Source: Azolla caroliniana (taxonomy: Eukaryota > Plantae > Polypodiophyta). Taken from it: DNA of 64,000 nucleotides. A program made the position numbers and the translations under genes. Each line of letters starts with the position of its first letter. The stretch's first letter is position 1. The stretch lies in assembly GCA_043228905.1 (NCBI GenBank), contig JBHGNT010000008.1:1178001-1242000 (forward strand). The letters are read 5' to 3'. Positions 1 to 10,500 of this stretch are shown here, one piece after another. Under the pieces are notes generated by a model, which was not told the origin of the DNA, did not search any database, and saw only the letters and a program-made list of their open reading frames with translations.

Positions 1-3000
1 GCAAGCAAAACCAAACCTCTTTCCAATCCCTACCATTCTCAAGTGGACACGAAATCACATCCCTACCATCGTCAAGATGGAATGCACCGATATATGCCAA
101 GTGGACACCAAATCACATGTCGGATCACAGTACTTCGTGATGTTCAGAGATGACCACAGCCAGAAGTTGTAGGTCTCACCATTGAAGACAAAGGACGAAG
201 TATTATCTGTCTTCAAGGAATTCCACGCGAAAGTGGAAAGGGAAACCAATTGGAACCTGAAGGCGGCTCGGGCGGACAACGGAGGCAAATATTGGGGTTA
301 GTTCGAGGAGTACTGCCGATCGAAGGGAATTCGGCTCGAATTTTACGTGCCGAAGACACCACAGCTGAACGGATTGGCTGAAAGGATGTACCGAACTGTG
401 ATGGAGAGAGTCCGGAGCATGCTGGCACATGCTAAGTTTTCCAAGACGTTTTGGGCTGAGGCGCTGATGACGGCGACTTATGTGATAAAGAGATCACCCT
501 CAACACCCTTGGAAGGAGACACACCACAGAGAGTATGAACCGGTAAATACGTGTTTTATTGGCACCTGAAGGTGTTCGGCTATCTCGCCTACGTGCATGT
601 AGCAAAGGACAAAGAGAACAAAATTGGACCCGAAGTCCCACCCATGCATATTCCTTGGATACGACGATGATGAGTTCAGCTACCGAGTGTCGGACTTGGT
701 TGACAAGAAGGTCTTCTGGAGCTGAGACATTGTCTTCATGGAAGACAAGACCATTGCCGACTGGGAGTCAGAGAAGAAGATAACGGATTCCGGGTGGACC
801 AATAGAGATTGGTCGGAAGATACAAGGACCCATCCGGTCAGAAGCAAGATGACACTTGAAGAACCGGCCGGATTCGGATAAGAAACTGAATCGACCGAAG
901 AAGAAGAACCAGATACTGGGACCGGTCAAGACCCCGAATCGAATTCGGATAAAGAACAAATTGAGGAACCAGTGGTCGAGAACCTAGGAAGAAGGTATCC
1001 TCTCAAGGAGAGAAGAGCCTCTCGAAGAAGCAAAGAAACACACCCACAACTGACGGTGGTTAAGTGTCATGCAGGATGAGATGGATTCCCTACATGAGAA
1101 CCACACATACGAATTGACGGAGTTGTCGAAAGGGAAGAGAGCGGTCGGGAACAAGTGGGTGTACAAGCTAAAACCGGGAGAGACTGGAAATCCACCAAGG
1201 TACAAAGCCCGCATTGTGGTGAAGGGCTTCCAGTAGAAGAAAGGACTGGATTTCGACAAGATCTTTGCCCTGGTAGTCAAGATGACATCCATCCGCATTG
1301 TGTTGAACATTGCGTGAAGCATGGATCTCGAGGTCGAGCACCTTGACGTCAAGACAACGTTCCTGCATGGTGATCTCGAAGAAGAGATCTACATGGAACA
1401 ACCAGAGGGATTTGTCAAGAAAGGGAAGGAGCACCTAGCGTGCCGGTTGAAAAAGAGCTTCTACGGACTAAAGCAAGCTCCCTAACAATGGTATCGGAAG
1501 TTCGATTCCTTCATGACCGACCAAGGATACCACAAGATGCAGGACGACCACTGCGTGTTCATGAAGAATTTTGACGGAGGCACTTCTTGATACTCCTGCT
1601 GTATCGACAGACTAGACTAAATCAAAATCGGAAATCTAAAGAAGGACTTGAACCAGACCTTCTCAATGAAAGATCTGGGTTCGATGAGACATATATTGGG
1701 GATCCACATTGTCCGGGACCAGACAAAGAAGCTATTGTGGTTGTCACAAGAGAAGTACGCGACGAAGGTGCTCCAACGGTTTAGCATGACGAATGCGAAG
1801 CCGGACTGATCAACATTTCCCAAAAATTGCAAGTTGTTCTAAAAATAGAGTCCGAAGACTAATGCAGAGAAGTCGGAGATGATGAAGGTACCATTCGCCT
1901 CTGCCGTCGAAAGCTTGACCTACGTAATAGTGTGTACCCCGGCCGGATATCGAATATGCTATTGGAGTGGTAAGCCAATTCATGAGTAATCCGGGAAGAG
2001 AACACTCGACCGCTGTCAAGTGGATACTCCGATACCTGAAAGGCACCTCGAGCATGTGCCTTTGGTTCGGCTCCGGTAAACCCTGATTGGATTTAGACAT
2101 GTCTACTGATGTAGATACCAGCCGGTATACATCCGGATACGTCATGACATATTGAGGGGGAGTTGTATCATTACTTTCAAGGCTGCAGAAGTCTGTTGCA
2201 CTGTCGACAACGAAGCAGATTACATGGCAGCCGTTAAAGCCGGGAATGTGGTAATCTGGATGAAAGACTTCATTGGAGAGCTAGGGATCAAGCAGGAGGA
2301 ATTCCAACTCTATTGCAACAGTCAAAGTGCCATCCACCTCGCGAAGAACATGACCTACCATTCCCGAACCAAGCACATCTAGAGGACATATCACTAGCTT
2401 CGGGAAAACGTAGAAGATAAAGAGTTTTCGCTGATGAATATCCATACAGAGGAAAATGGATCAGACATGCTAACCAAGGTGTTGTCAGCTGGAGCTGCAT
2501 CAGACTGACGAGACATCCCATGTCAGAGTGAAGGGGGAGTTTGTTGGGAAACAAGTCCCTCCGGACGGGATCCGAATGAGACAAAGGAAGGAACCAGACT
2601 GGATGCATCTGGAAAAGGTATCCAGCTACCGGATCGGATGGATCAGGAAGGAGTCCGGCCGATTCCGGTATGAACTAGCAAATAGGAACATATTAGTAAA
2701 TATGTTCAAACGTGACTGTTGAGGTCATATTTGTAAATAGCCCCAAAGTTATATAAGTATAAATATAACTAGGGCAATATTGTTATGTGAGATCATTATC
2801 ATAGTTGTTATTATCCTTCTTGTTGTACAGAGAAAGTGAGTGAGAGAGAGAGATATAGATACAGATACAAATACAAATACAAATACAGAAAGCTTTTCTA
2901 TTGTAACCGCCGGTTGGCGAAGTTAGAGCTCGAGGTAGTTGCCTCTTAGCCTCACATTGTTGTACCTCTCCTCTATAGTGATCCTGTTCGGAGTTTCGAG

Positions 3001-3120
3001 AGCTCCGTGGTTTTTCTTGATTAGGGTTTTCTACGATAATATTCCGTCATCTTATTTTTTATTTCTATTTATTCCATAGTGTGATTGGGACTCGGTTGTG
3101 GCCGAGCACTATTTCTATCA
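1..3120 (+). mobile_element. Degenerate Ty1/copia LTR retrotransposon, 3' part (integrase, RT, RNase H, PPT, 3' LTR); 5' end outside window
   Basis: Fragmented copia motifs ([41 protein letters not shown]) broken by stops and frameshifts. PPT GTGAAGGGGGAG at ~2528-2539. LTR 2542-3120 (TGTTGGG...CTATCA) has ends matching those of copia C. Confidence 0.9.
2542..3120 (+). repeat. 3' LTR of the degenerate copia
   Basis: Follows the PPT, has TG...CA termini, and its terminal CTCGGTTGTGGCCGAGCACT is shared with the LTR of element C. Confidence 0.85.
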
Positions 3121-4099
3121 CAACCATCTTGCCCGATTACACCAAATTCATGTACATACAACAACAAATTAAGTCAAGTTCCCTCCTCTCCTCATGATCT
3201 TATTCTTCAGCCCCAAACCATCATCACTCGTCCTTATCCAAAACATAAAAACCGCTTCATTAAGTCCTCATCAACCATCTCGCCAAATACCACCAAATTC
3301 CTGTACATAAACAATAAAATGTGTGTATAGTCCTCAGCTCCTCATGAGAATATTCTTTGACATCCACACCATCATCACTCATCCTTATCCAAAACATAAA
3401 TTCGACTTCCTTAAGATGACATCATCCATCTCGCCGAATGCCACCAAAATCCTACACATACAACAATACAATGAGATTTGTTTCCTCATCCCCTCATGAG
3501 AATATGCTTCGGCCCCCACACCCTCAACACTCATCCTTATTCAAAAACATACATTTTCCTTCATCAAGTCCACATCAAATTTCTCGCCGATTACTACCAA
3601 AACCTGTATATACAAACAACTAAATTAGTCTAGTCTTCTAAATAAACTATGCTTCAATCACCACACCACTAGCATTCATCCTTATCAAAAACATGCATTT
3701 TACTTCTTCAAGTCCACATCAAACTTCTTGCCAATTACCACCAAAATCCTCTACCTACAAACAATTAGATGAGTCTAGTCAGCTAAAGAGACTATGCTTC
3801 AGCCCCCACACCACCAACACTCATCTTTATCAAAAACATGAATTGTGTTTCATTAATCCACATCAACCATCTCACTCTCGTTGATTTACCACCAAAATCA
3901 TGTTCCCTTATTCAAAATCAGAAGATGCTTCATTTTCCACATCCACCATCTCGCCCAGTCGGTCCACATGATTGCCCCAATCCCATCTCACTCTCGTTGA
4001 TTTACCACCAAAATCATGTTCCCTTATTCAAAATCAGAAGATGCTTCATTTTCCACATCCACGATCTCGCCCAGTCGGTCCACATGATTGCCCCAATCC
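3121..4099. repeat. Degenerate ~150-bp tandem array followed by a near-perfect 116-bp tandem duplication (3867-3982 / 3983-4099)
   Basis: Recurrent CATCTCGCC...CACCAAAAT...TACAACAA and CATCCTTATCCAAAACAT units; the 116-bp direct repeat was read directly. Confidence 0.75.
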
Positions 4100-5514
4100 C
4101 GTCCACCTGTTTTATGTGCTTCCTGTCAACCTGTAAGATAAAGAGGAACGAAGAAACTATATACCTCACAATGATGTTTGAAATAAAAAAGAACTAGGGG
4201 GAGGGAATAGCCAACGTGGTGGAACATAATTCTAACGATCTTCATGTGACTCATCCAACCAAAGAGGTATTGGCCACCATATTTTATGAATTTTTTGCTT
4301 TTTCGTATGCACCTTTTCCGGTTTTCCTTAAATATTATCATACTCTCTTAACTATATGCACCAAGTTGTCCCACAACATCTTAATCATATCGAGCACATT
4401 GTACTCGATGCCGTCATATTTCTTGTTGCAATGATCCTTCCACCACACCCATAAAACATTAACTGAAACAATTCCAAACAAAAGAATTTCTAAAACATTT
4501 ACCACCAAGAATGTTAGGAAGAAGTGCTTCAGTTGTCATCCCCAACACACGTAATGCTTCTGCGCATTGCTTTGCCTCGTACAAAGGTACTTGCACATCC
4601 AAAGACCCCCAAAATATGGGCCCGCATGTAAAAATTGCTCCCTTCTATTTACAAGAAAACATTCGCAATATTCTTCCCCAATATTGTTGAGCTACACTAC
4701 AAGTCCAAAACAAATGTTTCAAAGTTTCCTCCTAGACTTCAACACACAAAACGGAGATCATCGACTTGTCCTTTTAAATGAAAACCTAAAAGTAAAGCAT
4801 AATGAAGCATTAACCACTTAAAAGAAATTGATCTTCGCATAGATGGTAGAGCCCATAAACGTTTCTAAAGCTGGTCCTGAGTCCATTTTTGCCCATGATA
4901 AACACGGTCTAATTCCTAAAACACATCCAAAGCTATTAGTAAACAAAGGATTCCATAACAACGGCTACCTTAAATATTGGGCTTCTGTCGATGGAAGTTG
5001 AAATAGGAGAGCCTCTCTAATGTCCTTCCATGCCCTCAAAATACCAGTAAAGAATCACCTAGAACCAACATTATGAGCCTTAATTGGAAATTCAAAGTTA
5101 AACAACCATTGAAAACTATTGTGCCACTGTCCTCCTATTGTACGTTTAATGTTACGAAGAGATAACAACGATAACTTTTTCCAAACCTCATTCCTAGGCA
5201 TAAATCCTCTCACAACATGCTTTACAAGAAGAGCCTTACTTTGGATCAAAGGATCTATTAAACCTAGTCCACCTTCACGTATTGATCGGATTCAAACCGA
5301 CCACGCAACTATTGCAACAACCCTTGATCCCAAAGGGACATCCCAAATAAAATTACGAAGTAAATGTTGTAGTTTCAATATAATAGACTGTGAAAATAGC
5401 CATGTTGATGCAACATACCACATCGATGCAAGCAAAACCGAGTTTTCCATAACCACCCATCCTAGTAGAGACAAATTAGTGTTATCCCAATACAATAAAT
5501 TTTTTCAAACCCAT

Positions 5515-6124
5515 TGTCGAGGTATTCCTCGCGGATGCGTGGAATGAGGCGGGACCTCAGGGGTTCTGTACCGAAGAGCAAGAGAGAAAGGAGAAGAGAC
5601 CCACTACGTGCGAGAGTAGATTCGCAGGGACATGGCCCTTCGACACAAAGACGCGAGTGGGACAGCGACACAGAGACACGAATGTATGTATGTATTAACA
5701 AAGACAAATGACAAAACACGAAGTCGGTTACAACCGAACAGGCCGGCGAACAGATGCCGATACCTGTTCGTAGACACACAGAAAGGAAGGAGTAGGTTGG
5801 AGGTGCTGCCGGAAGCACTCGGGCGTTCCTCAGAGCAGCGCGAGCCTCCCGAAACCTGCACAGAAGGAAGCTATGGAGCTTGCAAACCAGAGAGAGAGAG
5901 AGAAGCCTTCGCACTCAAACCGACAACACTTCGTCCTCGACTCTCCGCGATCCCCTCCCCCTTCGCATCTCCCTCCTTTTATAGGCAAGGAAGGAGCCGT
6001 TTCCCCTTTACTTCCTACCCACTAAATGTACCTGCCTAGGATCTTATATGGACAACATTCGAGAAGAGCCGGTTCCTACGCTCCTCTGCACCGATTCCGC
6101 TTGTGGACGGTTTTCTTCACGACA
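5515..6124 (-). repeat. 3' LTR of gypsy A
   Basis: Direct repeat of 24258-24869 with TG...CA ends; adjacent to the PPT. Confidence 0.95.
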
Positions 6125-6197
6125 TCCACCCCCACCTAACCGCGCATCCTCCGGCATGCGCCAAATTGAGTTGGGACGGAGAAAACCGGTCCAGCCT

Positions 6198-7603
6198 TCA
6201 TTCCCCGCTCGTCGGTTCTTCCTCGGTTTCGGATCGTTCGTCGTTGCGGTCCAGATCAACCGGATCCGGCTCGTCGTCGTGACGCTTCTTGAACGCTTTG
6301 ATCCGCTTCCCCGCTACCGGTATCGCCATTCTCGTACCGTCGAGTTCCGCCAGATGGTACGTCCCGTTGTCGTTGGCGCTTTGTACCACGTAAGGCCCGA
6401 ACCACCTTCTTGCGAACTTCCGTGTCGCTCGGTGCTGGTTGTCAAGGCTGCTGTCGTAGACTAGCACCCAGTCGCCTTCCTCGATCTTCTTCGGTCGGAG
6501 CCGGTGCGTTCGGTCGAACCGGGCTTTGTTCCTCATCCTTGCTTCCCGAAGCTTTTCCGCAGCCTGCTCCACATCCTCCAGTCTTCGCTCGAGCTGTCGT
6601 ATGCGCGCCGCCAACAGTTCCTCCCGGCTCATCTCGTCTCTCCAGTCCACGGTTGCCCATGAGGAGATCGTACGTTCCATTGGCATGACCGGCTTCTGCC
6701 CAAACATGAGCTCTGTCGGCATGAATCCGGTTACCGAACTGTGCGTAGTTCGGTCAGCCCACAACGCGTAAGGCAGCAGCCGTGGCCAGTTCCCGACTTG
6801 CCCTCCGCATGCCCGAACTAACGCCTTGACGATCGGTCCGTGTCCGCGCTCCACCTTTCCATTCGCCTCCGGATTGTACGCAGTGGTAAGCGAGAGCTTG
6901 ACCCCTAACCAGTCGAACAGCTCCTCGGCCTCTTTGGCGTCCAACTCCCCGTGATCAGCCACGATCTTCCCGACGCACCCGTACCGGCATATTACGTCCT
7001 CGAGCAGGAACTGACATACGGCTGCAGTCGTTTTGTTCTGAAGGGCCCAACCTTCCACCTGGTTGGTCAGATCTTCCCGAGCCAAGACCAGGTACCGCAT
7101 CTGTCCTACTCCCATCGACATCGTTACCAGGTCTACCATCCATTTGAAGTGGATGGTCGGAGGGTACGTAGGGTGAAGTTCGTCCCGGTGTCAGACTATG
7201 GAGTGCATCTGACAGCTCTCGCAAGTTGTCACGAACTGATGCACGTCCCGGTACAGTCCCGGCCACCAGTACTTCCCCTTTATCTTCTCGAACGTGGCCC
7301 AGGTTCCACGGTGTCCGGCCCAAGGGTTGTCGTGGTAGGCCGTCAGCAGCTCCTCCTGTTCTTCCTTCATCGCCACCACCCGGAGCGGGACGCCGTTCCT
7401 CTTCTTCGGGTGCTTCCATAAGTATCCGTCCCGGAGAAAGAATCGGTAAGCTTTCTTCCGGATGCGGTTGGCCTCGTCCTTCATCCATGATGCATCCGGC
7501 GTCATTGTCCTCAAAAATCCACCGATCTGGAGCCACTCGCCGTCGTACTTGCTCTCGTCGAAGTCGTTAAGTGCCGGAGTGCTCGTTCCATCGGTCGTCA
7601 CGT
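6198..7603 (-). pseudogene. Integrase region of gypsy A (HHCC zinc finger, DDE core, GPY/F); one internal stop
   Basis: ORFs 7191-7625 and 6198-7139: YHDNPWAGH..CESCQ, IVADHG, NGKVERGH, WFGPY. Confidence 0.9.
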
Positions 7604-8274
7604 TGTCGTGAAGAAAACCGCCCACAAGAGGAATCGGAGGAACAAGGCGTGGGAAACGGCTCTACACACACGCGCGCCAAGAAGTACATACGAGGATCCT
7701 AGGTGGGTAGATTCGGTTGGTATGCAGTTAATGCCAAACGGCCTCTTGACGGGATATAAAAAGGAAGAGGAAGAATAGAAGAGGGGATCTCGCGCGGAGA
7801 GGACGGAGTGCTGCCGAACCGATTTCGGAGCTCCTCTCTCACTCCTGCTTCTCTGTCTTCTGCTCCATCGCGTACCTGTGCAGGTTTCGAGGAGGCTTGC
7901 GCTGCTCCGTGGAACGCCCGAGTGCGTCCTGCAGCACCTCCGACCTGTTTCCCCTTTCAGTGCGTCGCGTCATACAGGGGTCGGCATCTGTTCGCCGCCC
8001 TGTTCGTTTTCGTTAGTATCTATTCCGTGCCCCACCGTGGGTTGTAATACTTTGGCCTGTTATTTTCTTGCATTCATAAGTACATATCTTTCGTTGTTGC
8101 GTCCATCTGCGTCGGCGTTTAACTGTGATCTCTGTTTGTTGGGCCGTGTCCCTGTGCGATCTTCGGTTCTGTGTAATCGGGTCTCTCTCTCTCTCTCTCT
8201 CTCTCTTGCTCTTCGGTCCAAGACCCCCGTGGTCCCTCCTCCTTTCTGCGCGCAAGGGCGTAGCAACCACGACA
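7604..8274 (+). repeat. 5' LTR of gypsy B
   Basis: TGTCGTG...CACGACA termini; TATAAAAA at ~7755; repeated at 13965-14635. Confidence 0.97.
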
Positions 8275-8277
8275 TCT

Positions 8278-8294
8278 TGGTGAACCCGACGTGA
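8278..8294 (+). promoter_or_regulatory. Primer-binding site complementary to the 3' end of tRNA-Trp(CCA)
   Basis: TGGTGAACCCGACGTGA is the reverse complement of TCACGTCGGGTTCACCA, the 3' end of plant cytosolic tRNA-Trp. The same site occurs in element A. Confidence 0.85.
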
Positions 8295-8317
8295 AAGAGG
8301 CGGCAGAAGAGCAGGAA

Positions 8318-10444
8318 ATGAGGGGGTCGGATCTCGCAGAGGCCATGGCTTCGGCCGTGGATCGGATTGTAAACGCGCGCGAGAGCACCGGTGCCCTCGA
8401 CAGAGCTATTGAGGCGGTCGTCGGCACGATCGGCCGGTTCGATGGGAAGGATGCCACGAAGTATTTGGCGTCCTACGGTGCAGAGATGCTGATGCGGGAC
8501 ATTCCGGAAGAAAGGCGTCTTGCCGGATTTCCCCGAGTAGCGATGCCGAGCATCCATGCGGAGGTGCTCGAGGTGCGGACGGAGAGCCGTACCTGGGAGG
8601 AGTTCGAAGGTCGGCTCCTAGAGAAATACGGGCTGGACGACGCGCTCCGGCTTTCGAAGCGAAGGTTCATGGAATGGGTGGAGTCCCCGGGGAAGGGAAG
8701 AAACGCGTCGGCGCTCCTCCGGGAGTTCGAGGAAAACTTTGCGCGCCTCTCGGCGCTCGACCGAACCATCCTGGACACGAGCCGGGTCTTGCTGTTTGTC
8801 AAGTCGGTCGACGAGCGGGATCGGGAGCAAGTGGGCTTCTTGCTGGAAACCGAAGACGGGCTCACTACCGACTGGGCGGCTGTCAGGAAGGTCTGTGGCC
8901 GTTTCGACAAACGGCGAGAATGGGCGGATAACGGGGCGACCGGGTCGGGCTCGGTCGCAGCAAGGAAGCTCGAACCAGCGCCACAGGTGCGCGAGGAAGA
9001 GACCCGGGAGTGGTTGGAAACCGGTTCGGCTTCGACCGGCGTAGTCAGAGGCTCAACCGGAGGAGCGGCGCTGGAGGAATTGACGAAGGCGATAAAGGAC
9101 CTCCAAATCGCGCAGGCCCGAAGGGAAGGAGGCGAACCGGCTCGTGACCGACGGCCGGTGGCGGGAAACAGGTGCATGTGGTGCGATGAAGTCGGCCACA
9201 TTCGGAAGGACTGTGGCGACTTCGCGGAGGCGCTGAGGAACAGGGTGGTGTACCTGTGGGAAGGACGGGTGCATGCCAGCGACACCCGAAGGGCCCTGAG
9301 CCGAAACGACGGAAAAGGCGGTATGAAAAGGGTGATGGAAGAGGCGGCGGCCCGACACGCGGAAACCGTCCACTACTCGGCGTCAGCCGGCATTCGGGTC
9401 GGGGGCGGCGAGGCCCGGGGGGAAAGCAAAGCCGGATTCTGGCCGACGATGCTGGAAGGCCTTGCCGGTGCAGGGCTTAAAAGGGAGGAATCGGACCGTG
9501 CGGAGAAACGGGTACGGGAGATGACCGGGTGGAGCGACCCGGTCGAGGAAAAGACGGGCTTCGTGGAAGCCGCTTGCCGGAACTACGAGGCTCTGGTAGA
9601 AGAGAAGCGGGTGGGGAAACCCGGGACGACCGGGCCCTCACAACGATACGAGACCCGGTCCGGGCCACGACGGGACGAAGCCGGCGGGGCCGGTACGCGA
9701 GATAAACCCCAGAAAGGCGGGTACCGTCTGGGGACGGAGATAGAAAGAACCACGGACTTACGAAAGGTCCTGGAGGAACGGATCCTCGACAGCAAGGTGG
9801 AGCTGTCGTTACGAGAGGTGCTGGGAATCGCCAAGAAGGAGTTCCACGACTCCATCGTGGACTTGGTGAAACGGAAGAGGCTGTCGACGGAGACAGAACC
9901 GGAAAGACCGGTGGAAGTGCGGACGACGCACCTAGACGACATGGCGCTGGGAGACGAGTGGGCGGAAAGCCACTATTCGAGACCACATTGGGCCCGAGCG
10001 ACCACGGAAACCCCGGTGAAGATCGGCGATGTCCAGGAACCGGTGGTAGCTTTAGTAGACCACGGATCGGAGATCAATTTGATGTCCATGGACTTCTATA
10101 AGAAGGGCAAATGGCCGATCAACACCAAGCACGGGTGGAAAATAAGGGCAGCAACGCGCGCCACCGAGGAACTGCACGGGGCCTGTCCGAATGTGCGAGT
10201 CAAGATCGGCGACGTCGAGATTGACCAGCACTTCTTCGTGCAGGAGACATCTTCGCATCCGGTCATTCTGGGAGAGCCGTACATCACGGCGGCGCGAATG
10301 GAGACCAAGGTGCTGGACAATGGTTCGGCCTATGCGCGGGTCAAGAGCCAGGACGGGCGCCATTCGGTCCAGTTTTTGACGGTTAGGCCGAACCACGAGC
10401 GTAACCGCGACTCCCTCGGTTCCGATAACCGAGAGGATTTTTAG
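8318..10444 (+). CDS. gag: Gag-protease polyprotein of gypsy B (intact ORF)
   Basis: Open frame from ATG 8318; CCHC knuckle CMWCDEVGHIRKDC; retropepsin region ALVDHGSEINLM...VILGEP. Confidence 0.9.
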   Translation: MRGSDLAEAMASAVDRIVNARESTGALDRAIEAVVGTIGRFDGKDATKYLASYGAEMLMRDIPEERRLAGFPRVAMPSIHAEVLEVRTESRTWEEFEGRLLEKYGLDDALRLSKRRFMEWVESPGKGRNASALLREFEENFARLSALDRTILDTSRVLLFVKSVDERDREQVGFLLETEDGLTTDWAAVRKVCGRFDKRREWADNGATGSGSVAARKLEPAPQVREEETREWLETGSASTGVVRGSTGGAALEELTKAIKDLQIAQARREGGEPARDRRPVAGNRCMWCDEVGHIRKDCGDFAEALRNRVVYLWEGRVHASDTRRALSRNDGKGGMKRVMEEAAARHAETVHYSASAGIRVGGGEARGESKAGFWPTMLEGLAGAGLKREESDRAEKRVREMTGWSDPVEEKTGFVEAACRNYEALVEEKRVGKPGTTGPSQRYETRSGPRRDEAGGAGTRDKPQKGGYRLGTEIERTTDLRKVLEERILDSKVELSLREVLGIAKKEFHDSIVDLVKRKRLSTETEPERPVEVRTTHLDDMALGDEWAESHYSRPHWARATTETPVKIGDVQEPVVALVDHGSEINLMSMDFYKKGKWPINTKHGWKIRAATRATEELHGACPNVRVKIGDVEIDQHFFVQETSSHPVILGEPYITAARMETKVLDNGSAYARVKSQDGRHSVQFLTVRPNHERNRDSLGSDNREDF

Positions 10445-10500
10445 AGAGGACTGCCAAGGCGTGGGGCCGCGACAGTCCGGATGCTCCGGGAAAACCCCAC
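10435..10500 (+). promoter_or_regulatory. Candidate -1 programmed ribosomal frameshift signal (G_GAT_TTT + TAG, 6-nt spacer, stem/pseudoknot)
   Basis: pol is in the -1 frame relative to gag. GGACTG 10448-10453 pairs with CAGTCC 10473-10478, and GTGGGG 10461-10466 pairs with CCCCAC 10495-10500. Confidence 0.75.

Noticed and set aside
8473-9285. Long antisense/overlapping ORFs in gypsy and copia bodies (e.g. 8473-9285, 11256-12191, 11989-12864, 22903-23742)
   Set aside because: Expected shadows of GC-rich coding sequence; no recognisable motifs.
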